64,000 nucleotides of DNA from Patellaria atrata CBS 101060 (lineage: Eukaryota). Both the position numbers and the translations under genes were made by a program. The stretch lies in assembly GCA_010093705.1 (NCBI GenBank), contig MU006106.1:461086-525085 (forward strand). The letters are read 5' to 3'. The notes beneath the pieces were generated by a model. It did no database searches. It was not told where the DNA came from and was given only the letters and a program-made list of their open reading frames with translations. Below, in pieces: positions 48,740 to 61,447 of the stretch. How positions within the stretch are numbered: position 1 is the first letter of the stretch; each line of letters begins with the position of its first letter.

Positions 48740-51700
48740 TCTTTGCTCGTTCTCTTGCATACAGTGCGGCACCATTCCTAATGAGTCACGAACTTGCAGT
48801 ATTTCCGGTTGTCTTACTGCGTAGGAGAAAGCCACATAAAGGGTGCACAATATTGGCGTTAATCACATTTGCAATTTTCCTGTTCGATTTCGAAGTTAAA
48901 GATACCAGACATTGCTCTAATGGTTTTGAGCATTGGTCAAGCTTCTTGTTCCAAAATTTGTCTTCTTTGGTCATTTTGACTACTTGATACCCCTTCAATT
49001 GTTCGGTTTAGGAGATACAGCAACGATTTTCGTTCCTTGAGTTTCTTTTCTTTGCACAGTTTCGGTGTTGGAAAGTTTTAGCACACACCGGCGGCTCAGA
49101 CTGCAGACATTTTGTCTTTTGCTGGTGGACGTTTTGACCTTGTAATGACCTTTCTGTGTTCATTTTTAATTTTTGCTCCTTGCAACTGTATTTCGGGTAC
49201 TTGGCTCCATCTTGCAATTTCTCGGCGGATTATAGACATACCTACCTCTACGTGGTTCCATAAAGGCTGAACTTCCCCACATCTTAGTCCGTCCCCCTTA
49301 ATTTTCGCGTGCTCTCTAAATCTCGCCACAATCTTCACATACCCTTGCGCGCGAACTGTACCACCATTTTTTCTTTTACGCTTTCTCTTATAAATTGGAC
49401 AAATCATCTCTCGGGGCTGGGGTTCTTGTCAAACTATATTACTTGCCACCCCTTCCTTGGTCGTCTATCTTGTCCAATTGTACTACCTAACTAGTAGGGA
49501 ACTCTTTTACTACATTGTTATTCGTTATGAGGGTTGAGCCGCTGGTAGGCGCCGCCCTGACCCCGCATATGAAACAATTTGGTGGATGGGAACTTTTGTA
49601 TCGAATCATATCTACCTTACTATTATAATTCGAAAGCATTTTAGTCCTTTCCCTTATCCTTCTAGGTGCACGAGGTTGCTGATCGTTATCCTAGGCGGCG
49701 TCCTACCGTTAGAAGAAACTCTCTTTGCAGAAACGCTTACCAAGTGTCCGGTTGTTTCATGCAGGATATAAGCCACGTATATTTGTCGAAGGACATCATC
49801 CAATTGACGGCCAATTCTAAGATTCAGAGACTTTCGGCTATAAGACTTTGAATGCTAAAGAGTTAGCCACTATGACAACGATATTTTATCTTCTGTATTA
49901 CCATGACCATGTTAGACTTTTAGCCCCTTTGCGTTGCTTGTTTCTGTTAAAGATACACAAAGTTAGAGAAAAGGAAGATCAACGCGAAAGGATAGGATTT
50001 CCGTGCGCCTCGTTCCCCGTCGATCGTTGAAATGGGAAACCTAGTCGTCGTCAGCATTTCTACAATTTTCGTCGAGCCTTACGGGATTTCTCCCGTCGAA
50101 ACGTTCTACAACAGCTTGTCTCTCGAGAGCGCCGCGTCACGTTCAGCTGGACAAGGTCACCTTTTCTCTACATACGCGAGTGATACTTACTGTGTTACTG
50201 AAGAAGTTGACGTCTAGAATTTCGCGGAGTCCGGATTGATCGACAGGAATATGACTATGTCAGGAGAGAGAAGGGTCTTTGTGATACGTCGCTTCTTTCC
50301 CATTCAGAACTTTGGACCAGGGCGGGCAGCTAGGGGTTCACTAGCCACAGGATATATATGCATGCGCCACAAATACCTTAGGTACATCCCGTCCCGTCCA
50401 CTTAAACTTTCCCTAGGGGAGAGGGCTAATTGACGAGATGGATCTCTATCTTCCAATTGGCTTCAACTATCCCCGTTCTTTTTCTCCTCTGCTTCACTGG
50501 CGGGGTTATTTTTAGGAAGGGTTCTCGCCACAGAGTTAGGAGTGGAGGGGTGTTCGATTGGAGTGGGAAACGCTGATCTGCTGATCTGGGCTTTTGGAGG
50601 AATGAGAACCCCCTGGTTTAGGAGGGAAGGTGTGGCGAGGGAGGGCGGAGGGGAGATAAGCTCAAGTAAGGTCAGGTAAAAGTGGAGGTTCTAAGGTAGA
50701 TATTGGGTGTGGCTGTGCTTCCGACATTCCCTTCGTTATGCATTTTGGTTCGGAATTTTACGCGGGTTCGTGACGGTTTTCTCCTTCATACTGGTCGGGT
50801 AGAAGCATACCAGTAATATTCCTGACCTTATCCTTTTCGTCTGGTGTTGTAGTCAGGAGATGTTTGATGGTATCCATCTTTCCCGTGCTCGGAGTGCGGG
50901 GTATGACATCATCGCGGGACATTTTGGATGAATCACCAGAATCAGACAACGCAAAATCGTTCATCCAATCGTAACTCGGCAGTATGATATTCGTATGGCA
51001 AAAGCTATTTCTTGTTCTCACTGGGCCCATTAGGATCCTCGGATATCGGCTCATGATCTTCCCATCATTTAATATGCCTGTGCAATATCCAATATGTAAA
51101 ATATTTCTTTCGTAGACCAATCGCAGCGGGACCGGAGACTCTTCCTTAGGACTTTCGCGAGAGGTTGGGAGAAGTCCAGCAGTAGTTTGTCCCCGCAACC
51201 CTACTGTATCACAAATCATGTCAGTTGCACACAAGGCAATATTAATGTACCATGAAGGGTTATAGATTACTGCACAGCCCTGCGCTGATCTAAAATCGTT
51301 TTCCGTACAGAGTACAGTAACTTGTACTACATTATTATTACTACTGTCCCATGGGATCCAGAAACAGCACCAATATTCCTCTTTTTTCTGGATTGTCAGA
51401 TACAGTGGTCAGTTCCCCTACATACGTATGCCTCCGGGTTCCAGACGTGTGGAAACGAGCAGGGACGAGATGGTTCTTTCAGGTTGTGAGTCAGTGAGTC
51501 AGTGAGTGAGTGAGGATCGACGGTGCTATTTTTACTTGGGAATCGTGTTGATCGGCATACGTGGTTCGTCATGTATGGATGGCGTGAGAGGGATGAAGTG
51601 AGAGGACTTTGAAGGGATTTTGGACTTGAAGGGGAGGGAAATCGAGGAGAGATGTAGCTAGTATACCCATCACGAGATATGATAATGGTTTATGTGGACT

Positions 51701-52004
51701 ACTACGGTATTCCATCCAAGCCGTTTAGCTTCATCATCTTAGTTACGATGTTGATTTCGATATCCGAGCGTCGATGAGCTTTCCAGGCGTATTGTATACT
51801 ATGTTGACTGTGCTCTCGTGCGTTCGTAGATGGTAGAAGTGCATATCAGACTTCTGGAATACCAGCTTCTCGTCAGGGAACTGGCAGTTGTAGTAGAGAT
51901 GGGGGTGTATCTGATCCTCACCGATACTTTCAGTGAATTTGAAACATGTCGATACACTCTGATACTCTCTGGTAGATTCCGCAACTCTCTGAACTTAAAT
52001 GTTC

Positions 52005-53126
52005 TTAATCATCTAGCTCGCGCCCGAAGTCAATCAGACGCAGTCTTCGCGCGTCCTTGGGATGGAACTGCGCGACCTTCGACCGCACCAGGAAGCGCGC
52101 AGCAGCCGAATCTCTGGGTAATTGGACGTACACATCTGAAGAGTTCTCTCCGAGCAACGCATCAAAGAGATCGTTGATCAAAGCCTTGAGCTCAGAAGCC
52201 GCCGCCTCACTTTCACTGCGAGGAGCGTCCTCCTGCCTATTCGCAGACCCCCAAATCTCGTCAATGCGCCGCTGTCTCTTATCCTCCTTCGAACTACTTC
52301 CTCCCTTCGACGCTTTCGGCTTCCCCTGCGCCGAAAAGCCCGCCTCCAGCGTCTCCTCATCCACCTCCATCAGATCCCCCACGACCGGTCCCCCCAGCTC
52401 CTCGGCAGCTAGCATCCCCGCCACATGCGTGTGAATGAACGTATGCAACGCCTCCCTTAAGCGCACGATCTCAGAATCATACTCCTGCCCGCGCTTCTGC
52501 TTCGCCCGCACCATCTCCTTCGCGACCTGCGAAGCGTTCTTTTGCGACTTCGCAAGCTGCTGAGCTCGCAGGCGTTCGATGCGGTCCTCGAGCGCCTTGC
52601 GCAGAAGCTGGCTGTCGTGGAGATCGGCGGATGAGCGTTCCAGCGCGCGTTGCGTCGCGTTGAGTTGGGTCTGTGTGGTGCTGATTGCGGAGCGGGTGGC
52701 GGCGATGGTGCGGCGGACGTCGCGTATGGCAAGGAGAGCGGGGAGTGCAGAGGAAGAGGGGGGTAGATACGGTTCCGAGGGTGTAAGTTGCCGGTATGCG
52801 GCGCGGATGGTGCGGAGTTGGAGGAGACGGGTTCGGGAGTCTGGGGAGGGAGTCGTGGGAAGAGGGGATGTTGATGATGCACGGAGCTGGAGGGACATTA
52901 GATGGGCGTCTTTGAGACTATAGGTAAGTCATTGGAATGAGCTTGCCTGTTCAAGGGCTGCTTTCTGCTTTGCGACGCGTGCTTGGAGCTCTTTCAGGGT
53001 TCGATCGAGACGCGCTTCGAATTCGGTGGTGTCGGTGTCGTCGAGTTCCATTTGGTTCTCTCGAGCATTTCGAATGGACGCTGCATGATTTCGGATGTTT
53101 GAGAGTATTTCTTCTTCTGAACTCAT
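52005..53126 (-). CDS. Inner kinetochore CENP-K (Sim4)-like coiled-coil protein; 60-nt GC-AG intron 52887-52946
   Basis: Coiled coil followed by LAAEELGGPVVG and DSAAARFLVRSKVAQFHPKDARRLRLIDFG, which resemble the CENP-K C-terminus. Confidence 0.78.
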
Positions 53127-53461
53127 CGTTGGTGGTGGAATCTACAGTGCTATATTGAAGAAGTTATGTATGTTTGGGGGAGCGAGGTTCACCCGATTTC
53201 TCGATTTCATCTCAACTTTGGGATGCTCCTTCTAGTTCAATATTGTCCTCACCAACTGACGAAGTTTTCAGACATAAAAGGTTTTCCATCATGTCTCTTC
53301 CATCTCTTTTCCTCCGTGAACATTATATTCAAATACCATACCAGACTCGACACCACTCAAAAACCCAAAACACAAGTAACTGGACGTGAAAATATCGTCT
53401 GATAACCACATCTTCGATCCTCTCTAGAATCCTCACAAAAATTGAAGAAAAAGTAAGCTCT

Positions 53462-53567
53462 CTACATCCTCACTATATCTTTCTGTATCCTCACTACATC
53501 CTCCTATTTCCTTGCTATATCCTCCTACATCCTCACTATATCTTCTAATATTATCACAACATCCTCA
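53462..53567 (+). repeat. Degenerate 10-11-nt tandem minisatellite (consensus ~CTACATCCTCA)
   Basis: About 9 imperfect copies of acatcctcac/tatatcctc. Confidence 0.8.
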
Positions 53568-53857
53568 TGCATAGTCACTGAAAAGGCTAATATAGATCTA
53601 TATAGAGCCTATTAGTAGATGCAGTTTTAAGCGGCTCCGGGCCGATCATAGGCTCATGGGGAGCCAACTATTACTTCGTTGAACACTCCGTCACATCGAA
53701 TCGCCGAATCATTGAGAATCACATCGCTCTTCTGGAAGATAAGGTTGAACACATCGAGCAGAGATGCGGCAAAATCGATGCCACATTCGACAAGATACAA
53801 GAGCAAATGAAAGAGCAACAAGATGCTCTGAAGAGGGACCTCGCGGAAATACCTCGA

Positions 53858-54221
53858 AGAACCAGATGATAAGTCAGCCTATATATTCACCCACATTCTT
53901 GCATATTCTAACATTCATTACGGTAGGCGTTGGTGACGATGAGTGGATTAGATCAACGTTTTATAGAGGTTTCATTAACTGTATATTCTTACACCCGAAA
54001 AGTGAATCTCTTTTCCCTTGCGGAACTTCTTCACAGAACCAAAGGGTAAGTCAACCTGCATATTCACCATTTCCTTGCATATTCTAACATCCATTACAGT
54101 AGGCTTTCATGACGTGCCATGGGCTTCAAGGTTACGACGGGAGGATGAGATAAACATGTTATGTTGAGGTCTCATTAGATATATATACTTACACCCGAAA
54201 ATCGACTCTCGTTTCCCTGGC
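53858..54221 (+). repeat. Diverged tandem duplication of ~175-185 bp, each copy containing an intron-like segment
   Basis: Shared blocks TAAGTCA.CCT..ATATTCACC, CTTGCATATTCTAACAT.CATTAC.GTAGGC and CTTACACCCGAAAA occur in both copies. Confidence 0.85.
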
Positions 54222-54999
54222 GTAGATTTCGGGTTCAAGGGCACAGGTCAATACATTTGCGATTATGATTAGTTATTTGACTTGTTTGCGATGTCGTTAA
54301 GCCTTTGATGATGGATTTCTGCGCACGTGATACAACTATAGTCTGCCAAGACTTGCTCCTCCTCACCTCAATTGGATTCGCTTCTAGTTCTCTTTCAACA
54401 ACGACAAACTCTTTCCTACACCTTCAAGATCAACACCACAGTTGCTCTTCACCACCTGAATTTCCATTTCTTTTCTTAGTTACGACGCTTACCATAGTAA
54501 GACCACTTCTTTTGAGGTGGAAGCTGCGAGCGTCAAAAGGTTTGCATAGCAGGAACGTTCACTTCTCATAAGGCTCTTCCGTCAGCTCCAAACATCCAAA
54601 CATCCACACACCTCCAAGATCTCATCTCCTCACGACTCTATCGCATCACCTCCATCTCCCCAGGCGCTCAATTCATCTGCTTAACAGAGTTTCTACTCTT
54701 TTTGCACTACTTGCACATCCGTTCCACGTCCAGCACCACATTTCAACCGTCACCGTCGAACTGATCCATCACACCTCTATCAAAACTCACCACTCCCGCT
54801 CCGTCCCTTATTCCGATCGCCTACACCAGCAAGTTTTCCTTCGACGACCCCTGCTGTACGTAATCGATCAATACGAAAGATATTTCTCACGACAAAAACT
54901 CTGAAGTGTTGAGTGTGTGTGAGTTGATTCGTGACAGCTTCCGAAGCAACTCGAACCAGTTGAACAAACAGGAATTAATATTGAAAACAAAACGTCAAG

Positions 55000-56583
55000 A
55001 TGTCAGCTTCTCCAACAACTGCAGCAGCCCCCTCTCAGAAGCGCCCGTTGGAGGAACCCTCTTCGCCATCTGGACCAGGAGATCAACCTGATGCAAAACG
55101 CCCTGCCTTAGACAAGGTCATAAAGGAGGAGATACCCAACGACGAAGCAACCGAACCAGTGGAAGCCAGCACTGTTCCACTTGAGTCAGACGATGTGAAA
55201 CCGACCTCGGATGCTGCTCCCTCTGCGAATGGTACGCAAGATGGCCAAGGTGACACTGTTGTCTCGGATGCACCTGTTGTCCCCGCTTCTGGTGGAGCTA
55301 CGAGTATCTTAGAGACACAACCTATCCAATCCACTTCCGGTAGCAATGGTCGTGCAGGTTCCCAGGGACCAATGGGTCATCAAGATGAAACAGGATGGTT
55401 ACACATGCGCGCCGTCATATCGAGCGCCGAAGCAGCCACCGTGATTGGTAAAGGAGGTGAAAACGTCACCCTCATCCGCCGTATGTCAGGAGCCAAGTGC
55501 ACGGTTAGCGATTATTCTAGGGGTGCAGTTGAACGTATTCTGACAGTCAGCGGTCTTGTTGACGCTGTTGCTAAGGTAAGTTTCTTCTCGTACACATCAG
55601 TACTTTTGTGCTCACAGTTTAGGCATTCGGTCTTATCATTCGTACCCTCAACAATGAAGATCTCAATTCGACATCTACCTCACAATCCAAGACTTATCCT
55701 CTTCGTCTCCTGATCCCGCACATCTTGATCGGCTCAATTATCGGAAAGTCCGGTGTTCGCATCCGTGAGATCCAGGAAGCTTCTGGTGCTCGTCTCAATG
55801 CTTCGGAATCATGCCTTCCATTATCGACGGAACGCTCTTTGGTGGTTCTCGGTGTTGCTGACGCTGTGCATATTGCTACTTACTATGTAGGGAGCACACT
55901 TGTTGAGCAGCTTTCTGAACGTTTCGGCGGCCCGGCAGCTTCCGCTTATGCTACTCGTAGTGGAGGCCCCGCCGGCGTTGTCCCTGGAGGTATGCAAGTC
56001 GTTCCATATGTTCCTCCACCCACTTCTGGTCAATGGGGTCACCCAGATAACTATAGGAGACAAGGAAACATGCCACATGGCCAGAGGCCTCCGGTCAACG
56101 GTTATGGCGTTCCCTATCACCAACCTCCTCAACAACATCAATCAGCTCAAGCACCACTTCATTACGGTGCCGGATCCCCTCGTGCTGGCTATACTGGAGC
56201 TGGACCTCATCAGCCGCAACCATATGGTCACCATGGAGCCCAACCTGCCCATGCCGGACAACCAGCACAACCCATGCAAGGAATGGTTCCAGGGCAACCA
56301 ATGACACAACAAATCTTCATTCCTAACGACATGGTCGGAGCGATCATTGGAAAGGGGGGCGCAAAGATCAACGAAATCCGCCAACTCAGTGGTAGTGTGA
56401 TTAAGATTAACGAGCCGCAGGACAACAGCAATGAGCGCCTCGTTACTATCACGGGTACTCAGGAGTGTAATCAAATGGCACTCTACATGCTGTACTCCAG
56501 GTTGGGTGAGTTCAACCACTAGACCTATGTTCAAGATAGATATTCCTGACCATCAACTAGAAAGCGAAAAGCACCGCATCTGA
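55000..56583 (+). CDS. Triple-KH RNA-binding protein (Rnc1/Pbp2/Hek2-like); introns 55576-55622 and 56506-56560; probable 5'-UTR intron ~54856-54937
   Basis: VIGKGG, IIGKSG and IIGKGG KH loops; ends LYSRL|ESEKHRI*. Confidence 0.93.
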
Positions 56584-57521
56584 TCCGGGATGATTCTTTA
56601 TGACTGGCGTGGCGGTTGCTTCTAGTAGCTTTCGAAAATTTTGAGGAGTCTTCGGGGTATTTTATTTCTGGGCTATGTATTCTAACTTTGACAATCTGCT
56701 TTTCCTCTCATCTGTTAAAATGGGGGTATGCATCAGTTGTATTTTCTCTTTGCTCTGCTATTGAGCTGTCGACTGTCTCTTTAAAGAAGCAAACGGTCGA
56801 ACATAGCGGTTTTCTACAAACAATCTCTCATGACGGTCTCAAAACATTCAAGTTCTTGTAATTTCTTTGTCTCTGAGATCCCCGTGTTGAAGTCCCAGTG
56901 ATTTGGTATGACAGGGCTGCATCCGGTTGAGCGCAACTTTCTTTGATCCAAACACGCGCACGCAGCCGCGAAAGTACAGCGCATAGAGTCATCAAACGCC
57001 CTACCTTTTGCTGTCATTTTACTCACATGAAGTCTCCGGGTCCTCCCTTTTCTCATGATCGCGACTGCGCTGCTCCTTGCCGGTGTCATGAAGCCCTTGA
57101 ATACACCTTTATTAGATCAGTTCCTTGCTACCTTAACTCATCCATAGATCTCTTTCACGCTGTTCATCAATATAGAAGTCTCTTGCTCTGTCAAACCATG
57201 AATAGGTCTGACTTAGACTTGTTTCTATAATATATCTACTAGAGTATCGGGCTGTGCCCTCTCCACTCATCGCGATCGATATACTCGCGGAATACTAACA
57301 CTTCGTTTTTAACAGTCAACTCGCTAGGACACAGATTTGTCACAGATACTTTATTAGGGAAGATATGGATTGCGCAAGGAAATACAATGACACCTTGGCT
57401 GCTGCGACAATCGCAGCGCAAGATCCCTTTCCCCTTCGGTAAGGCACTTTCTTCCCCTTTCAAGCAAGGGATTCTCCTTCCCCGATACTCCCCAGTACCT
57501 CCAACAAACTTCCTACTCGCC

Positions 57522-58514
57522 ATGACATCCACATCTCCAAACCTTCTAACTCCCATAAACAGCCGCCAACTCAAACACCTCCACACAACCGTAACCATAA
57601 CCGTCGGATCGGCGAAAACCCCCTTCCTCCTGCACAAAGAGCTCCTAACGCTGCACTCGCGCTTCTTCGCCGCAGCCCTCGATGGCGCCTTCGCGGAGGG
57701 GGTTTCGCAAACCGTGAACCTCCCCGACGAGCGCGTCGAGATCTTCGAATACTTCGCCGCATGGCTCTACCACGGTTTCCTGATCCGGGAGGCGTTCCTG
57801 CAACCCTCTCCCTCCCCCTCCTCCTCGGTCCCAAACCCGAACTCGCACTCGCACTCAAACTCAAACTTGAAAACCGAAACCCCCCCACCACAAAAGCGCA
57901 AACCGACCTTCTTCCTCCTCCTCCCCCTCCACACCCTCGCCGACCGCCTCAGCGTCGAAAAGCTCCGCAACGAGACGCTCGACGTCATCGCCGCGCTCGC
58001 CGAGGAGACGAATGCGGTCCCCACGCCCGCCGATACATGGACGTTGTACGAAACCACCCCCGCGTCTTCGCGGCTGAGAAAGCTGGTCCTCGACCTCTTC
58101 GCGTACAAGAAGACGGACCACCTCCTCGCGTCCCATCCGGACGAGTGGAACCCGCTTTTTCTGAGGGATCTGACCGTGAAGTTGAAGAGGAGGGAGCGCG
58201 CGGGGTTGGGGCGGCATGAGCTCGTGCGGCAGGGGGTTGGGAGTGGGAGGGCGAACGGGGAGCTCGGGAGAACGAATGAAGTCGAAACCAGGGCGTGCGA
58301 GGTTTGTAGGATTGTGGTTAGGACAGGGGCTGGGGAGAGCAGGTGTCGAGACTGCGGGAGGGCCTTTTGTAGGGTTTGTGTTGGCAGGGGAGTGGCGCTG
58401 CCGGAGACGGAGAGTGAGGAACGGTGCAGGCCGTGGGCGGGGAAGGGGAGGGGGAGGTATCATGAGCATGTTGAGACGGCGGCGGAGGGGTGTTGTGGGT
58501 GGGTTGAGGAGTGA
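57522..58514 (+). CDS. BTB/POZ domain protein with a Cys-rich C-terminus (alternative in-frame ATG at 57387)
   Basis: VTITVG..FLLHKELL..SRFFAAALDGAFAEG..VNLPDE..FEYFAAWLY; SRLRKLVLD; tail CEVC..CRDC..CRVC..YHEH. Confidence 0.88.
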   Translation: MTSTSPNLLTPINSRQLKHLHTTVTITVGSAKTPFLLHKELLTLHSRFFAAALDGAFAEGVSQTVNLPDERVEIFEYFAAWLYHGFLIREAFLQPSPSPSSSVPNPNSHSHSNSNLKTETPPPQKRKPTFFLLLPLHTLADRLSVEKLRNETLDVIAALAEETNAVPTPADTWTLYETTPASSRLRKLVLDLFAYKKTDHLLASHPDEWNPLFLRDLTVKLKRRERAGLGRHELVRQGVGSGRANGELGRTNEVETRACEVCRIVVRTGAGESRCRDCGRAFCRVCVGRGVALPETESEERCRPWAGKGRGRYHEHVETAAEGCCGWVEE

Positions 58515-59044
58515 GAGGGGGGGACGAGTCGGAGAAAGGAGAGGTGGGCGGGATGAGGTTGGATATGAGGTTGGATGAGAATTGGGAGGGGAGGGGGAAC
58601 TGTTCGGGTGGGTGTGTGGATATTTTCGGTCTGTGGAATTTCTGGTGTATATATATAGTTAGGTGGTTCTGTTTGCTTTTTGACTGATACTGGACTTGAA
58701 CTGTACGCTATACTAGATATTGCCGTACAAGTAATAATAATACCCTAATACCAATCTCCTTCCTCTAGAATCTGCGGTCAGAGCTCTTACCCTATGCAAC
58801 ATCACCTAGGTGTTGGTTTCCTTCTGCTTCAAGACTGACGACGATATCGCCTTGAGAACGTATGCTCGGACAATGATTAATGATTACGTACTTCTCTATA
58901 CAATTATGCATCAGATTCAACAGGACTCCTAAGACCCAAATGCTCCTTTTCACCCGCATAAGAGACGACGCCGCCATTGCCAACCCAACGACCTATCTCC
59001 ATACAGATGTGATATCGGGTCACCCATCCATTCAGACAGATCCT

Positions 59045-60727
59045 CTACTTCCTCCTCGTCATAACCTTCGTAATGGCATGCCTGATCACCACACCCGCCC
59101 GTTCGATCTCTTTCTTGGTCAAGCCCGTGGTAACGCAGACCTTCAACGCCGGCTGTGGCTGCCAACCGATATCTCTCGAATTCGCACCCGGAGCAACCGG
59201 TAGGCTTTTCACTCTCGTGACTAGAACGCCGTTGGCGAGTGTCTGGTCTAGGTTAGCTTCTTACACAGAGATATACCTACTGTGTGTGTGCGTGCTTACC
59301 TCATCAACCACATCCTGCATGATAACCTCCTGATCCACCAAGCTCAGATTCCTCGCGCTCACAACATCCGGCTTGAGCACGAGCAACATCATCGGATTTT
59401 CCGGCGCGCTCGTACACCTCACCCAATCGCTCCTTGGATCTAGCTGGCCCCTCATGGCCACGATGTTTTCGCGTAACTGAGTCAAGAACTCCGACTGCTC
59501 TTGCAACATCCTAATAGTCTCGCTCGCCGTCGTGGCCAACATGGCTGGAAGTGCGGCTGAGAACGTATACGCGGCCGCTGTGATGCGTTGGTGTTCTACA
59601 ACTTCAGCGGACCCGGCGCAGAACCCACCGCCTGCGATTAGGGGACCCGCAAGCGAGCCAACGATCATATCGACCTCTCGTGCATCGACATTTTGGGCCT
59701 CGGTGACGCCGCGTCCAGTACGGCCCAGCACGCCGTAGGACCAAGTTTCGTCGAGGATGAGGCGGAATTTGTATTTGAGTTTAAGGTCGATCAGTTTAGG
59801 CAAATCGCAGATATCCCCAACATTCTCAAACAAGCCCTCAGTGACGATAAACCGCCTCGTCAACGGTTTTTTAGCCTGCTCCTTCGTGATTTTCTGCAGC
59901 ACACGCTCCAGATCCTCGAGGTCATTGTGCTCAAACCACCGTACCTGACTTCTAGAGATCTGTATGCCCTTTCTGGCCGAGTAGTTGATCGCCTTGTCTG
60001 CCACGATGATATCACCTCTTTTCGAGAACGCGGGGATGACGCTTGAGATTGTGGAGAAGGCCTGCGCGTACACGATACACGCCGCCGTGCCCAAGTGTGC
60101 TGAAATATCTTGCTCTGTTTTAATATGTACATCTTGCGTTCCATAGAATCCGGGTGGTCCACAAGGTCCAACTCCATATGTCCGCAGCGTTTGGACTGCC
60201 TTCTCTTTGAGCGACTCGTTCGCGACAAAGTTGTAGTAATTATACGACGCGAGGTTTGTGACCGTCTTGCCATTCGAGAGTTTCGTCTTCGGTCCAGTAG
60301 GTCTAGGAAAACCGTTCATCAGTCCAAGTTCTCCTCAAACCCCCCCCCCCCCCACCCCCGTCTCCTTTTCCCAACCTCAAGATATAGATACCACTTACCC
60401 CACCACCACAACCCCTCGCCCTTCCACCCTCTCCTCAAACTCCGTCAAACCCCCCACCAACGGTTCCGGCGTCCAGTCCTCAACCAAATCATCAATCTCC
60501 TCCTCGCTGAGCTTGATCTTCCTCTGGTTGGCCGAATAACTTCCCATCGTCAAGTACCTTACCGCAAAGAGGAACAGAAACAGCTCCACCGCACTCCTGA
60601 CCGGATCATTTTGATAGCTGCTCTTGATGTAGCGGAGTAGGATCTGGGAACCCGGTAGCTGCTGGAACCGCTCCGTCGCGTCGGCGACGAGGCGGAGTGT
60701 AATATTTTGCGCTTCGACGAGATCCAT
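59045..60727 (-). CDS. LCB1: Serine palmitoyltransferase subunit Lcb1, 3 exons
   Basis: YIKSSYQNDPVR, IDDLVEDWTPEPLV, YGVGPCGPPGFYGTQDVH, SVIPAFSKRGD; last exon ends RHAITKVMTRRK*. Confidence 0.95.
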
Positions 60728-61447
60728 GATGCGCGGATTTTAGCAAGTACGGAGGAAATGAAGGATGTAGAATTCAAGAATCGAGGTCGCGCGTTAATAT
60801 TGGATTGGGAAGAGAGGCAATTGGGATGTTGTGTCGTAAAACTAAATTTCGGAGGTCGGGCAGGTGTTTGAACTTTTTGCGGAAGACCGCGGTTCCATCT
60901 CATTTAGGGGAAGCTCAGGGTCCTTAGGAATCGCATGGGCACGTGATCTCAACCTCATAGGTAGTGTTATGTAAAAATTAGTATGGACTATCAATTATAT
61001 CACATTAATTCTACACTTTGTTTAATGTGATAGTGTGCACTCTATTACGAGACAAATTATTCGAATGCACTTTCATATTTTTACTATTTCACAGGTTGCT
61101 AATCTGAAAACCCAACCGAAACCCCGAGACCCATGCTGTAAAATGTATATGTGCAAACCGCTCGAAATGGAGTTAGTAAAAAAAAAAGGAGACAGCGCAC
61201 ACATTAAATGAAAGTCTATCCTCCAAAACACAAACACCTTTCCACGACCTGATAATTCATGACAGAAAGCTGAAAGGATGCCACGGTTACGAGATTACGA
61301 TCATTATGTATCCGATGGGCTGCAAAAGCAGTCAGATCGGGCAGTGCGTTATGCTACGACATGTTGTACAATGCGTGAAACTCCTCAATAATACGAATAT
61401 GTCCCCAGAGAGGGGCCAATTCCATATCCATATAAAACTTTTGCAAT

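Noticed and set aside
57571..58578. Long overlapping and antisense ORFs over the BTB gene (likewise over TFC4, AAA ATPase, LCB1, FKS1)
   Set aside because: Shadow ORFs caused by GC-rich, skewed codon usage; low-complexity products.
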